This document shows, piece by piece, positions 52,801 to 64,000 of a DNA stretch of 64,000 nt (position 1 is the stretch's first letter; the number at the start of each line of letters is the position of its first letter). The notes beneath the pieces are model-generated. The model saw only the letters and a program-made list of their open reading frames with translations, was not told where the DNA came from and did no database searches. The DNA is taken from assembly GCA_964016885.1 (NCBI GenBank), contig OZ024743.1, forward strand, positions 225,432,001-225,496,000, in the 5' to 3' direction. Position numbers and translations under genes: made by a program. The stretch is from Eledone cirrhosa (taxonomy: Eukaryota).

Positions 52801-55800
52801 ATACGAATGTCGAGCTCTTTCTTCATATGAATGAGGAGAGCTTGCTGTATACGAATGTCGAGATCTTTCTTCATATTAACGAGGATAGCTTGTTGCATAC
52901 GAATGTCAAGATCTTTCTTCATATGAACGAGGAGGGCTTGTTGCATACGAATGTCGAGATCTTTTTTCATATGAATGAGGAGGGATTGTTGCACACTAAT
53001 GTCAAGATCTTTCTTCATATGAACGAGGAGGGCTTGTTGCATACGAATGTCGAGATCTTTCTTCATATGAACGAGGAGGGCTTGTTGCATACGAATGTCG
53101 AGATCTTTTTTCATATGTATGAGGAGGGCTTGTTGCATACGAATGTCAAGATCTTTGTTAATATGAACGAGGAGGGCTTGTTCCATACGAATGTCGAGAT
53201 CTTTCTTCATATGAACGAGGAGTGCTTGTTGCATACGAATGTCGAGATCTTTCTTCATATGAACGAGGAGGGCTTGTTGCATACGAATGTCAAGATCTTT
53301 CTTCATATGAACGAGGAGGGCTTGTTGCATACGAATGTCGAGATCTTTCTTCATATGAACGAGGAGAGTTTGTTGCATACGAATGTCGAGAGGTTTCTTC
53401 ATATGAACGAGGAGGGCTTGTTGGATACGAATGTCGAGATTATTCTTCGTATGAATGAGAAGGGCTTGTTGCATACGAATGTCGAGATCTTTCTTCATAT
53501 GAATGAGGAGGGCTTGTTGCATACGAATGTCAAGATCTTTCTTCATATGAACGAGGATGGCTTGTTGCATACGAATGTCGAGATCTTTCTTCATATGAAC
53601 GAGGGCTTGTTGCATACGAATGTCGAGCTCTTTCTTCATATGAATGAGGATGGCTTGTTGCATACGAATGTCTAGATCTTTCTTCATATGAACGAGGAGG
53701 GCTTGTTGCATACGAATGTCGAGAGCTTTCTTCTTATGAACGAGGAGGGCTTGTTGCATACGAATGTCGAGAGCTTTCTTCATATGAACGAGGAGGGCTT
53801 GTTGCATACGAATGTCGAGATCTTTCTTCATATGAACGAGGAGGGCTGGGTGCATACGAATGTCGAGATCTCTCTTCATATGAATCAGGAGGGCTTATTG
53901 CATACAAATGTTGAGATCTTTCTTCATATGAACGAGGAGGGCTTGTTGCATACGAATGTCGAGATCTTTCTTCATATGAACGAGGAGGGCTTGTTGCATA
54001 CGAATGTCGAGATCTTTTTTCATATGAATGAGGAGGGCTTGTTGCATACGAATGTCAAGATCTTTCTTCATATGAACGAGGAGGGCTTGTTGCATACGAA
54101 TGTCGAGATCTTTCTTCATATGAACGAGGAGGGCTTGTTGCATACGAATGTCGAGATCTTTTTTCATATGAATGAGGAGGGCTTGTTGCATACGAATGTC
54201 AAGATCTTTGCTAATATGAACGAGGGCTTGTTGCATACGAATGTCGAGATCTTTCTTCATATGAACGAGGAGTGCTTGTTGCATACGAATGTCGAGATCT
54301 TTCTTCATATGAACGAGGAGGGCTTGTTGCATACGAATGTCAAGATCTTTCTTCATATGAACGAGGAGGGCTTGTTGCATACGAATGTCGAGATCTTTCT
54401 TCATATGAACGAGGAGAGTTTGTTGCATACGAATGTCGAGAGGTTTCTTCATATGAACGAGGAGGGCTTGTTGGATACGAATGTCGAGATTATTCTTCGT
54501 ATGAATGAGAAGGGCTTGTTGCATACGAATGTCGAGATCTTTCTTCATATAAATGAGGAGGGCTTGTTGCATACGAATGTCAAGATCTTTCTTCATATGA
54601 ACGAGGATGGCTTGTTGCATACGAATGTCGAGAGGTTTCTTCATATGAACGAGGAGGGCTTGTTGGATACGAATGTCGAGATTATTCTTCGTATGAATGA
54701 GAAGGGCTTGTTGCATACGAATGTCGAGATCTTTCTTCATATGAATGAGGAGGGCTTGTTGCATACGAATGTCAAGATCTTTCTTCATATGAACGAGGAT
54801 GGCTTGTTGCATACGAATGTCGAGATCTTTCTTCATATGAACGAGGGCTTGTTGCATACGAATGTCGAGCGCTTTCTTCATATGAATGAGGAGGGCTTGT
54901 TGCATACGAATGTCTAGATCTTTCTTCATATGAACGAGGAGGGCTTGTTGCATACGAATGTCGAGAGCTTTCTTCTTATGAACGAGGAGGGCTTGTTGCA
55001 TACGAATGTCGAGAGCTTTCTTCATATGAACGAGGAGGGCTTGTTGCATACGAATGTCGAGATCTTTCTTCATATGAACGAGGAGGGCTGGGTGTATACG
55101 AATGTCGAGATCTCTCTTCATATGAATCAGGAGGGCTTGTTGCATACAAATGTTGAGATCTTTCTTCATATGAACGAGGAGGGCTTGTTGCATACGAATG
55201 TCGAGATCTTTCTTCATATGAACGAGGAGGGCTTGTTGCATACGAATGTCGAGATCTTTTTTCATATGAATGAGGAGGGCTTGTTGCATACGAATGTCGA
55301 GATCTTTCTTCATATGAACGAGGAGGGCTTGTTGCATACGAATGTCAAGATCTTTCTTCATATGAACGAGGAGGGCTTGTTGCATACGAATGTCGAGATC
55401 TTTCTTCATATGAACGAGGAGTGTTTGTTGCATACGAATGTCGAGAGGTTTCTTCATATGAACGAGGAGGGATTGTTGGATACGAATGTCGAGATTATTC
55501 TTCGTATGAATGAGAAGGGCTTGTTGCATACGAATGTCGAGATCTTTCTTCATATGAATGAGGAGGGCTTGTTGCATACGAATGTCAAGATCTTTCTTCA
55601 TATGAACGAGGATGGCTTGTTGCATACGAATGTCGAGATCTTTCTTCATATGAACGAGGGCTTGTTGCATACGAATGTCGAGCTCTTTCTTCATATGAAT
55701 GAGGAGGGCTTGTTGCATACGAATGTCTAGATCTTTGTTCATATGAACGAGGAGGGCTTGTTGCATACGAATGTCGAGATCTTTCTTCATATCAACGAGG

Positions 55801-58800
55801 GCTTGTTGCATACGAATGTCGAGCTCTTTCTTCATATGAATGAGGAGGGCTTGTTGCATACGAATGTCAAGATCTTTCTTCATATGAACGAGGAGGGCTT
55901 GTTGCATACGAATGTCGAGATCTTTTTTCATATGAATGAGGAGGGCTTGTTGCATACGAATGTCAAGATCTTTCTTCATATGAACGAGGAGGGCTTGTTG
56001 CATATGAATGTCGAGATCTTTTTTCATATGAACGAGGAGGGCTTGTTGCATACGAATGTCAAGATCTTTCTTCATATGAACGAGGAGGGCTTGTTGCATA
56101 CGAATGTCGAGATCTTTTTTCATATGAATGAGGAGGGCTTGTTGCATACGAATGTCAAGATCTTTCTTAATATGAACGAGGAGGGCTTGTTGCATACGAA
56201 TGTCGAGATCTTTCTTCATATGAATGAGGGCTTGTTGCATACGAATGTCGAGATCTTTCTTCATATTAACGAGGATAGCTTGTTGCATACGAATGTCGAG
56301 ATCTTTTTTCATATGAATGAGGAGGGCTTGTTGCATACGAATGTCAAGATCTTTCTTAATATGAACGAGGAGGGCTTGTTGCATACGAATGTCGAGATCT
56401 TTCTTCATATGAACGAGGAGGGCTTGTTGCATACGAATGTCGAGATCTTTCTTCATATGAACGAGGATAGCTCGTTGCATACGAATGTCGAGATCTTTTT
56501 TCATATGAATGAGGAGGGCTTGTTGCATACGAATGTCAAGATCTTTCTTAATATGAACGAGGAGGGCTTGTTGCATACGAATGTCGAGATCTTTCTTCAT
56601 ATGAACGAGGAGAGTTTGTTGCATACGAATGTCGAGAGGTTTCTTCATATGAACGAGGAGGGCTTGTTGCATACGAATGTCGAGATTATTCTTCATATGA
56701 ATGAGAAGGGCTTGTTGCATACGAATGTCGAGATCTTTCTTCATATGAATGAGGAGGGCTTGTTGCATACGAATGTCAAGATCTTTCTTCATATGAACGA
56801 GGATGGCTTGTTGCATACGAATCTCGAGATCTTTCTTCATATGAACGAGGAGAGTTTGTTGCATACGAATGTCGAGAGGTTTCTTCATATGAACGAGGAG
56901 GGCTTGTTGCATACGAATGTCGAGATCTTTCTTCATATGAATGAGGAGGGCTTGTTGCATACGAATGTCAAGATCTTTCTTCATATGAACGAGGAGGGCT
57001 TGTTGCATACGAATGTCGAGATTTTTCTTCATATGAACGAGGGCTTGTTGCATACGAATGTCGAGATCTTTCTTCATATGAATCAGGAGAGCTTGCTGTA
57101 TACGAATGTCGAGATCTTTCTTCATATTAACGAGGATAGCTTGTTGCATACGAATATCGAGATCTTTCTTCATATGAATGAGGAGGGCTTATTGCATACG
57201 AATGTCGAGAGCTTTCTTCATATGAACGAGGAGGGCTGGTTGCATACGAATGTCGAGATCTTTCTTCATATGAATGAGGAGGGCTTGTTGCATACGAATG
57301 TCGAGATCTTTCTTCATATGAATGAGGAGAGCTTGCTGTATACGAATGACGAGATCTTTCTTCATATTATCGAGGATAGCTTGTTGCATACGAATGTCGA
57401 GATGTTTCTTCATATGAATGAGGAGGGCTTGTTGCATACGAATGTCGAGATATTTCTTCATATTAATGAGGATAGCTTGTTGCATACGAATGTCAAGATC
57501 TTTCTTCATATTAATGAGGATAGCTTGTTGCATACGAATGTCAAGATCTTTCTTCATATGAACGAGGAGGGCTTGTTGCATACGAATGTCAAGATCTTTC
57601 TTCATATGAACGAGGAGGGCTTGTTCCATACGAATATCGAGAGCTTTCTTCATATGAACGAGGAGGGCTTGTTGCATACGAATGTCGAGATCTTTTTTCA
57701 TATGAACGAGGGCTTGTTGCATACGAATGTCGAGATCTTTTTCATATGAACGAGGAGGGGTTGTTGCATACGAATATCGAGAGCTTTCTTCCTATGAACG
57801 AGGAGGGCTTGTTGCATACGAATGTCGACATCTTTTTTCATATGAATGAGGAGAGCTTGTTGCATACGAATGTCGAGATCTTTCTTCATATGAACGAGGA
57901 GGGTTTGTTGCATACGAATGTCGAGATCTTTCTTCATATGAACGAGGAGAGTTTGTTGCATACGAATGTCGAGATCTTTCTTCATGTGAATGAGGAGAGC
58001 TTGCTGTATACGAATGTCGAGATCTTTCTTCATATGAACGAGGGCTTGTTGCATACGAATGTAGAGATCTTTCTTCATATGAACGAGGAGGGCTTGTTGC
58101 ATACGAATGTCGAGATCTTTCTTCATGTGAATCAGGAGGGCTTGTTGCATACAAATGTTGAGATCTTTCTTCATATGAATGAGGAGGGCTTGTTGCATAC
58201 GAATGTCGAGATCTTTCTTCATATGAATGAGGAGAGCTTGCTGTATACGAATGTCGAGATCTTTCTTCATATTAACGAGGATAGCTTGTTGCATACGAAT
58301 ATCGAGATCTTTCTTCATATGAATGAGGAGGGCTTATTGCATACGAATGTCGAGAGCTTTCTTCATATGAACGAGGAGGGCTGGTTGCATACGTATGTCG
58401 AGATCTTTCTTCATATGAACGAGGAGAGTTTGTTGCATACGAATGTCGAGAGGTTTCTTCATATGAACGAGGAGGGCTTGTTGGATACGAATGTCGAGAT
58501 TATTCTTCGCATGAATGAGAAGGGCTTGTTGCATACGAATGTCGAGATCTTTCTTCATATGAATGAGGAGGGCTTGTTGCATACGAATGTCAAGATCTTT
58601 CTTCATATGAACGAGGATGGCTTGTTGCATACGAATGTCGAGAGGTTTCTTCATATGAACGAGGAGGGCTTGTTGGATACGAATGTCGAGATTATTCTTC
58701 GTATGAATGAGAAGGGCTTGTTGCATACGAATGTCGAGATCTTTCTTCATATGAATGAGGAGGGCTTGTTGCATACGAATGTCAAGATCTTTCTTCATAT

Positions 58801-61800
58801 GAACGAAGATGGCTTGTTGCATACGAATGTCGAGATCTTTCTTCATATGAACGAGGGCTTGTTGCATACGAATGTCGAGCGCTTTCTTCATATGAATGAG
58901 GAGGGCTTGTTGCATACGAATGTCTAGATCTTTCTTCATATGAACGAGGAGGGCTTGTTGCATACGAATGTCGAGAGCTTTCTTCTTATGAACGAGGAGG
59001 GCTTGTTGCATACGAATATCGAGAGCTTTCTTCATATGAACGAGGAGGGCTTGTTGCATACGAATGTCGAGATCTTTCTTCATATGAACGAGGAGGGCTG
59101 GGTGCATACGAATGTCGAGATCTCTCTTCATATGAATCAGGAGGGCTTGTTGCATACAAATGTTGAGATCTCTCTTCATATGAACGAGGAGGGCTTGTTG
59201 CATACGAATGTCGAGATCTTTCTTCATATGAACGAGGAGGGCTTGTTGCATACGAATGTCGAGATCTTTTTTCATATGAATGAGGAGGGCTTGTTGCATA
59301 CGAATGTCGAGATCTTTCTTCATATGAACGAGGAGGGCTTGTTGCATACGAATGTCAAGATCTTTCTTCATATGAACGAGGAGGGCTTGTTGCATACGAA
59401 TGTCGAGATCTTTCTTCATATGAACGAGGAGTGTTTGTTGCATACGAATGTCGAGAGGTTTCTTCATATGAACGAGGAGGGATTGTTGGATACGAATGTC
59501 GAGATTATTCTTCGTATGAATGAGAAGGGCTTGTTGCATACGAATGTCGAGATCTTTCTTCATATGAATGAGGAGGGCTTGTTGCATACGAATGTCAAGA
59601 TCTTTCTTCATATGAACGAGGATGGCTTGTTGCATACGAATGTCGAGATCTTTCTTCATATGAACGAGGGCTTGTTGCATACGAATGTCGAGCTCTTTCT
59701 TCATATGAATGAGGAGGGCTTGTTGCATACGAATGTCTAGATCTTTGTTCATATGAACGAGGAGGGCTTGTTGCATACGAATGTCGAGATCTTTCTTCAT
59801 ATCAACGAGGGCTTGTTGCATACGAATGTCGAGCTCTTTCTTCATATGAATGAGGAGGGCTTGTTGCATACGAATGTCAAGATCTTTCTTCATATGAACG
59901 AGGAGGGCTTGTTGCATACGAATGTCGAGATCTTTTTTCATATGAATGAGGAGGGCTTGTTGCATACGAATGTCAAGATCTTTCTTCATATGAACGAGGA
60001 GGGCTTGTTGCATACGAATGTCGAGATCTTTTTTCATATGAACGAGGAGGGCTTGTTGCATACGAATGTCAAGATCTTTCTTCATATGAACGAGGAGGGC
60101 TTGTTGCATACGAATGTCGAGATCTTTTTTCATATGAATGAGGAGGGCTTGTTGCATACGAATGTCAAGATCTTTCTTAATATGAACGAGGAGGGCTTGT
60201 TGCATACGAATGTCGAGATCTTTCTTCATATGAATGAGGGCTTGTTGCATACGAATGTCGAGATCTTTCTTCATATTAACGAGGATAGCTTGTTGCATAC
60301 GAATGTCGAGATCTTTTTTCATATGAATGAGGAGGGCTTGTTGCATACGAATGTCAAGATCTTTCTTAATATGAACGAGGAGGGCTTGTTGCATACGAAT
60401 GTCGAGATCTTTCTTCATATGAACGAGGAGGGCTTGTTGCATACGAATGTCGAGATCTTTCTTCATATGAACGAGGATAGCTCGTTGCATACGAATGTCG
60501 AGATCTTTTTTCATATGAATGAGGAGGGCTTGTTGCATACGAATGTCAAGATCTTTCTTAATATGAACGAGGAGGGCTTGTTGCATACGAATGTCGAGAT
60601 CTTTCTTCATATGAACGAGGAGAGTTTGTTGCATACGAATGTCGAGAGGTTTCTTCATATGAACGAGGAGGGCTTGTTGCATACGAATGTCGAGATTATT
60701 CTTCATATGAATGAGAAGGGCTTGTTGCATACGAATGTCGAGATCTTTCTTCATATGAATGAGGAGGGCTTGTTGCATACGAATGTCAAGATCTTTCTTC
60801 ATATGAACGAGGATGGCTTGTTGCATACGAATCTCGAGATCTTTCTTCATATGAACGAGGAGAGTTTGTTGCATACGAATGTCGAGAGGTTTCTTCATAT
60901 GAACGAGGAGGGCTTGTTGCATACGAATGTCGAGATCTTTCTTCATATGAATGAGGAGGGCTTGTTGCATACGAATGTCAAGATCTTTCTTCATATGAAC
61001 GAGGAGGGCTTGTTGCATACGAATGTCGAGATTTTTCTTCATATGAACGAGGGCTTGTTGCATACGAATGTCGAGATCTTTCTTCATATGAATCAGGAGA
61101 GCTTGCTGTATACGAATGTCGAGATCTTTCTTCATATTAACGAGGATAGCTTGTTGCATACGAATATCGAGATCTTTCTTCATATGAATGAGGAGGGCTT
61201 ATTGCATACGAATGTCGAGAGCTTTCTTCATATGAACGAGGAGGGCTGGTTGCATACGAATGTCGAGATCTTTCTTCATATGAATGAGGAGGGCTTGTTG
61301 CATACGAATGTCGAGATCTTTCTTCATATGAATGAGGAGAGCTTGCTGTATACGAATGACGAGATCTTTCTTCATATTATCGAGGATAGCTTGTTGCATA
61401 CGAATGTCGAGATGTTTCTTCATATGAATGAGGAGGGCTTGTTGCATACGAATGTCGAGATATTTCTTCATATTAATGAGGATAGCTTGTTGCATACGAA
61501 TGTCAAGATCTTTCTTCATATTAATGAGGATAGCTTGTTGCATACGAATGTCAAGATCTTTCTTCATATGAACGAGGAGGGCTTGTTGCATACGAATGTC
61601 AAGATCTTTCTTCATATGAACGAGGAGGGCTTGTTCCATACGAATATCGAGAGCTTTCTTCATATGAACGAGGAGGGCTTGTTGCATACGAATGTCGAGA
61701 TCTTTTTTCATATGAACGAGGGCTTGTTGCATACGAATGTCGAGATCTTTTTCATATGAACGAGGAGGGGTTGTTGCATACGAATATCGAGAGCTTTCTT

Positions 61801-64000
61801 CCTATGAACGAGGAGGGCTTGTTGCATACGAATGTCGACATCTTTTTTCATATGAATGAGGAGAGCTTGTTGCATACGAATGTCGAGATCTTTCTTCATA
61901 TGAACGAGGAGGGTTTGTTGCATACGAATGTCGAGATCTTTCTTCATATGAACGAGGAGAGTTTGTTGCATACGAATGTCGAGATCTTTCTTCATGTGAA
62001 TGAGGAGAGCTTGCTGTATACGAATGTCGAGATCTTTCTTCATATGAACGAGGGCTTGTTGCATACGAATGTAGAGATCTTTCTTCATATGAACGAGGAG
62101 GGCTTGTTGCATACGAATGTCGAGATCTTTCTTCATGTGAATCAGGAGGGCTTGTTGCATACAAATGTTGAGATCTTTCTTCATATGAATGAGGAGGGCT
62201 TGTTGCATACGAATGTCGAGATCTTTCTTCATATGAATGAGGAGAGCTTGCTGTATACGAATGTCGAGATCTTTCTTCATATTAACGAGGATAGCTTGTT
62301 GCATACGAATATCGAGATCTTTCTTCATATGAATGAGGAGGGCTTATTGCATACGAATGTCGAGAGCTTTCTTCATATGAACGAGGAGGGCTGGTTGCAT
62401 ACGTATGTCGAGATCTTTCTTCATATGAACGAGGAGAGTTTGTTGCATACGAATGTCGAGAGGTTTCTTCATATGAACGAGGAGGGCTTGTTGGATACGA
62501 ATGTCGAGATTATTCTTCGCATGAATGAGAAGGGCTTGTTGCATACGAATGTCGAGATCTTTCTTCATATGAATGAGGAGGGCTTGTTGCATACGAATGT
62601 CAAGATCTTTCTTCATATGAACGAGGATGGCTTGTTGCATACGAATGTCGAGAGGTTTCTTCATATGAACGAGGAGGGCTTGTTGGATACGAATGTCGAG
62701 ATTATTCTTCGTATGAATGAGAAGGGCTTGTTGCATACGAATGTCGAGATCTTTCTTCATATGAATGAAGAGGGCTTGTTGCATACGAATGTCAAGATCT
62801 TTCTTCATATGAACGAAGATGGCTTGTTGCATACGAATGTCGAGATCTTTCTTCATATGAACGAGGGCTTGTTGCATACGAATGTCGAGCGCTTTCTTCA
62901 TATGAATGAGGAGGGCTTGTTGCATACGAATGTCTAGATCTTTCTTCTTATGAACGAGGAGGGCTTGTTGCATACGAATATCGAGAGCTTTCTTCATATG
63001 AACGAGGAGGGCTTGTTGCATACGAATGTCGAGATCTTTCTTCATATGAACGAGGAGGGCTGGGTGCATACGAATGTCGAGATCTCTCTTCATATGAATC
63101 AGGAGGGCTTGTTGCATACAAATGTTGAGATCTCTCTTCATATGAACGAGGAGGGCTTGTTGCATACGAATGTCGAGATCTTTCTTCATATGAACGAGGA
63201 GGGCTTGTTGCATACGAATGTCGAGATCTTTTTTCATATGAATGAGGAGGGCTTGTTGCATACGAATGTCGAGATCTTTCTTCATATGAACGAGGAGGGC
63301 TTGTTGCATACGAATGTCAAGATCTTTCTTCATATGAACGAGGAGGGCTTGTTGCATACGAATGTCGAGATCTTTCTTCATATGAACGAGGAGTGTTTGT
63401 TGCATACGAATGTCGAGAGGTTTCTTCATATGAACGAGGAGGGATTGTTGGATACGAATGTCGAGATTATTCTTCGTATGAATGAGAAGGGCTTGTTGCA
63501 TACGAATGTCGAGATCTTTCTTCATATGAATGAGGAGGGCTTGTTGCATACGAATGTCAAGATCTTTCTTCATATGAACGAGGATGGCTTGTTGCATACG
63601 AATGTCGAGATCTTTCTTCATATGAACGAGGGCTTGTTGCATACGAATGTCGAGCTCTTTCTTCATATGAATGAGGAGGGCTTGTTGCATACGAATGTCT
63701 AGATCTTTGTTCATATGAACGAGGAGGGCTTGTTGCATACGAATGTCGAGATCTTTCTTCATATCAACGAGGGCTTGTTGCATACGAATGTCGAGCTCTT
63801 TCTTCATATGAATGAGGAGGGCTTGTTGCATACGAATGTCAAGATCTTTCTTCATATGAACGAGGAGGGCTTGTTGCATACGAATGTCGAGATCTTTTTT
63901 CATATGAATGAGGAGGGCTTGTTGCATACGAATGTCAAGATCTTTCTTCATATGAACGAGGAGGGCTTGTTGCATACGAATGTCGAGATCTTTTTTCATA
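43574..64000. repeat. 48-bp tandem satellite, over 20 kb, continuing past the window end, with higher-order structure
   Basis: Consensus gagatctttcttcatatgaaYgaggagggcttgttgcatacgaatgtc. 45-bp variants lack one GAG. Single-base deletions occur at about 46488, 57740 and 61750, and there is an 81-bp interruption at 44315-44395. Confidence 0.98.

Noticed and set aside
44359-63999. Giant proteins (MKKDLDIRMQQALLVH)n or (MNEEGLLHTNVEIFLH)n as real CDS
   Set aside because: Openness follows from a stop-free 48-bp unit. Variants hit all codon positions, stops and frameshifts are propagated by the HORs, and there is no unique domain. Not called as CDS.
43574-64000. CRISPR array
   Set aside because: Units abut head to tail with no unique spacers, there are no cas genes, and the context is eukaryotic.

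Overview
Eukaryotic, repeat-saturated genomic DNA. The SINE and RTE-LINE families and the microsatellite density suggest an octopus or other coleoid cephalopod (inference). Almost all long ORFs in the track are by-products of tandem repeats. The window holds: (1) many RTE-clade LINE pieces, tRNA-derived SINEs, mariner, piggyBac-type and pogo-type elements, a Helitron and Penelope-like fragments; (2) several fold-back palindromes carrying degenerate minimal hammerhead-ribozyme motifs; (3) three abutting minisatellites at 5.4-15.6 kb; (4) one clean 90-nt minus-strand exon (29995-30084) resembling the PDE2A N-terminal region; (5) a 48-bp satellite from about 43.6 kb to the window end, with nested higher-order repeats of 477 bp, about 4.2 kb and 4010 bp. 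The most striking observation is in a minus-strand frame whose terminal segment is not in the ORF track. There the satellite reads (YEERSRHSYATSPPRS)n and runs straight into a unique tail, KKKSSDSWCVIL-stop, which is a polybasic CaaX prenylation motif. This suggests the satellite grew out of the coding repeat of a membrane-anchored protein. All alignments and identities were judged by eye; no database searches were run.
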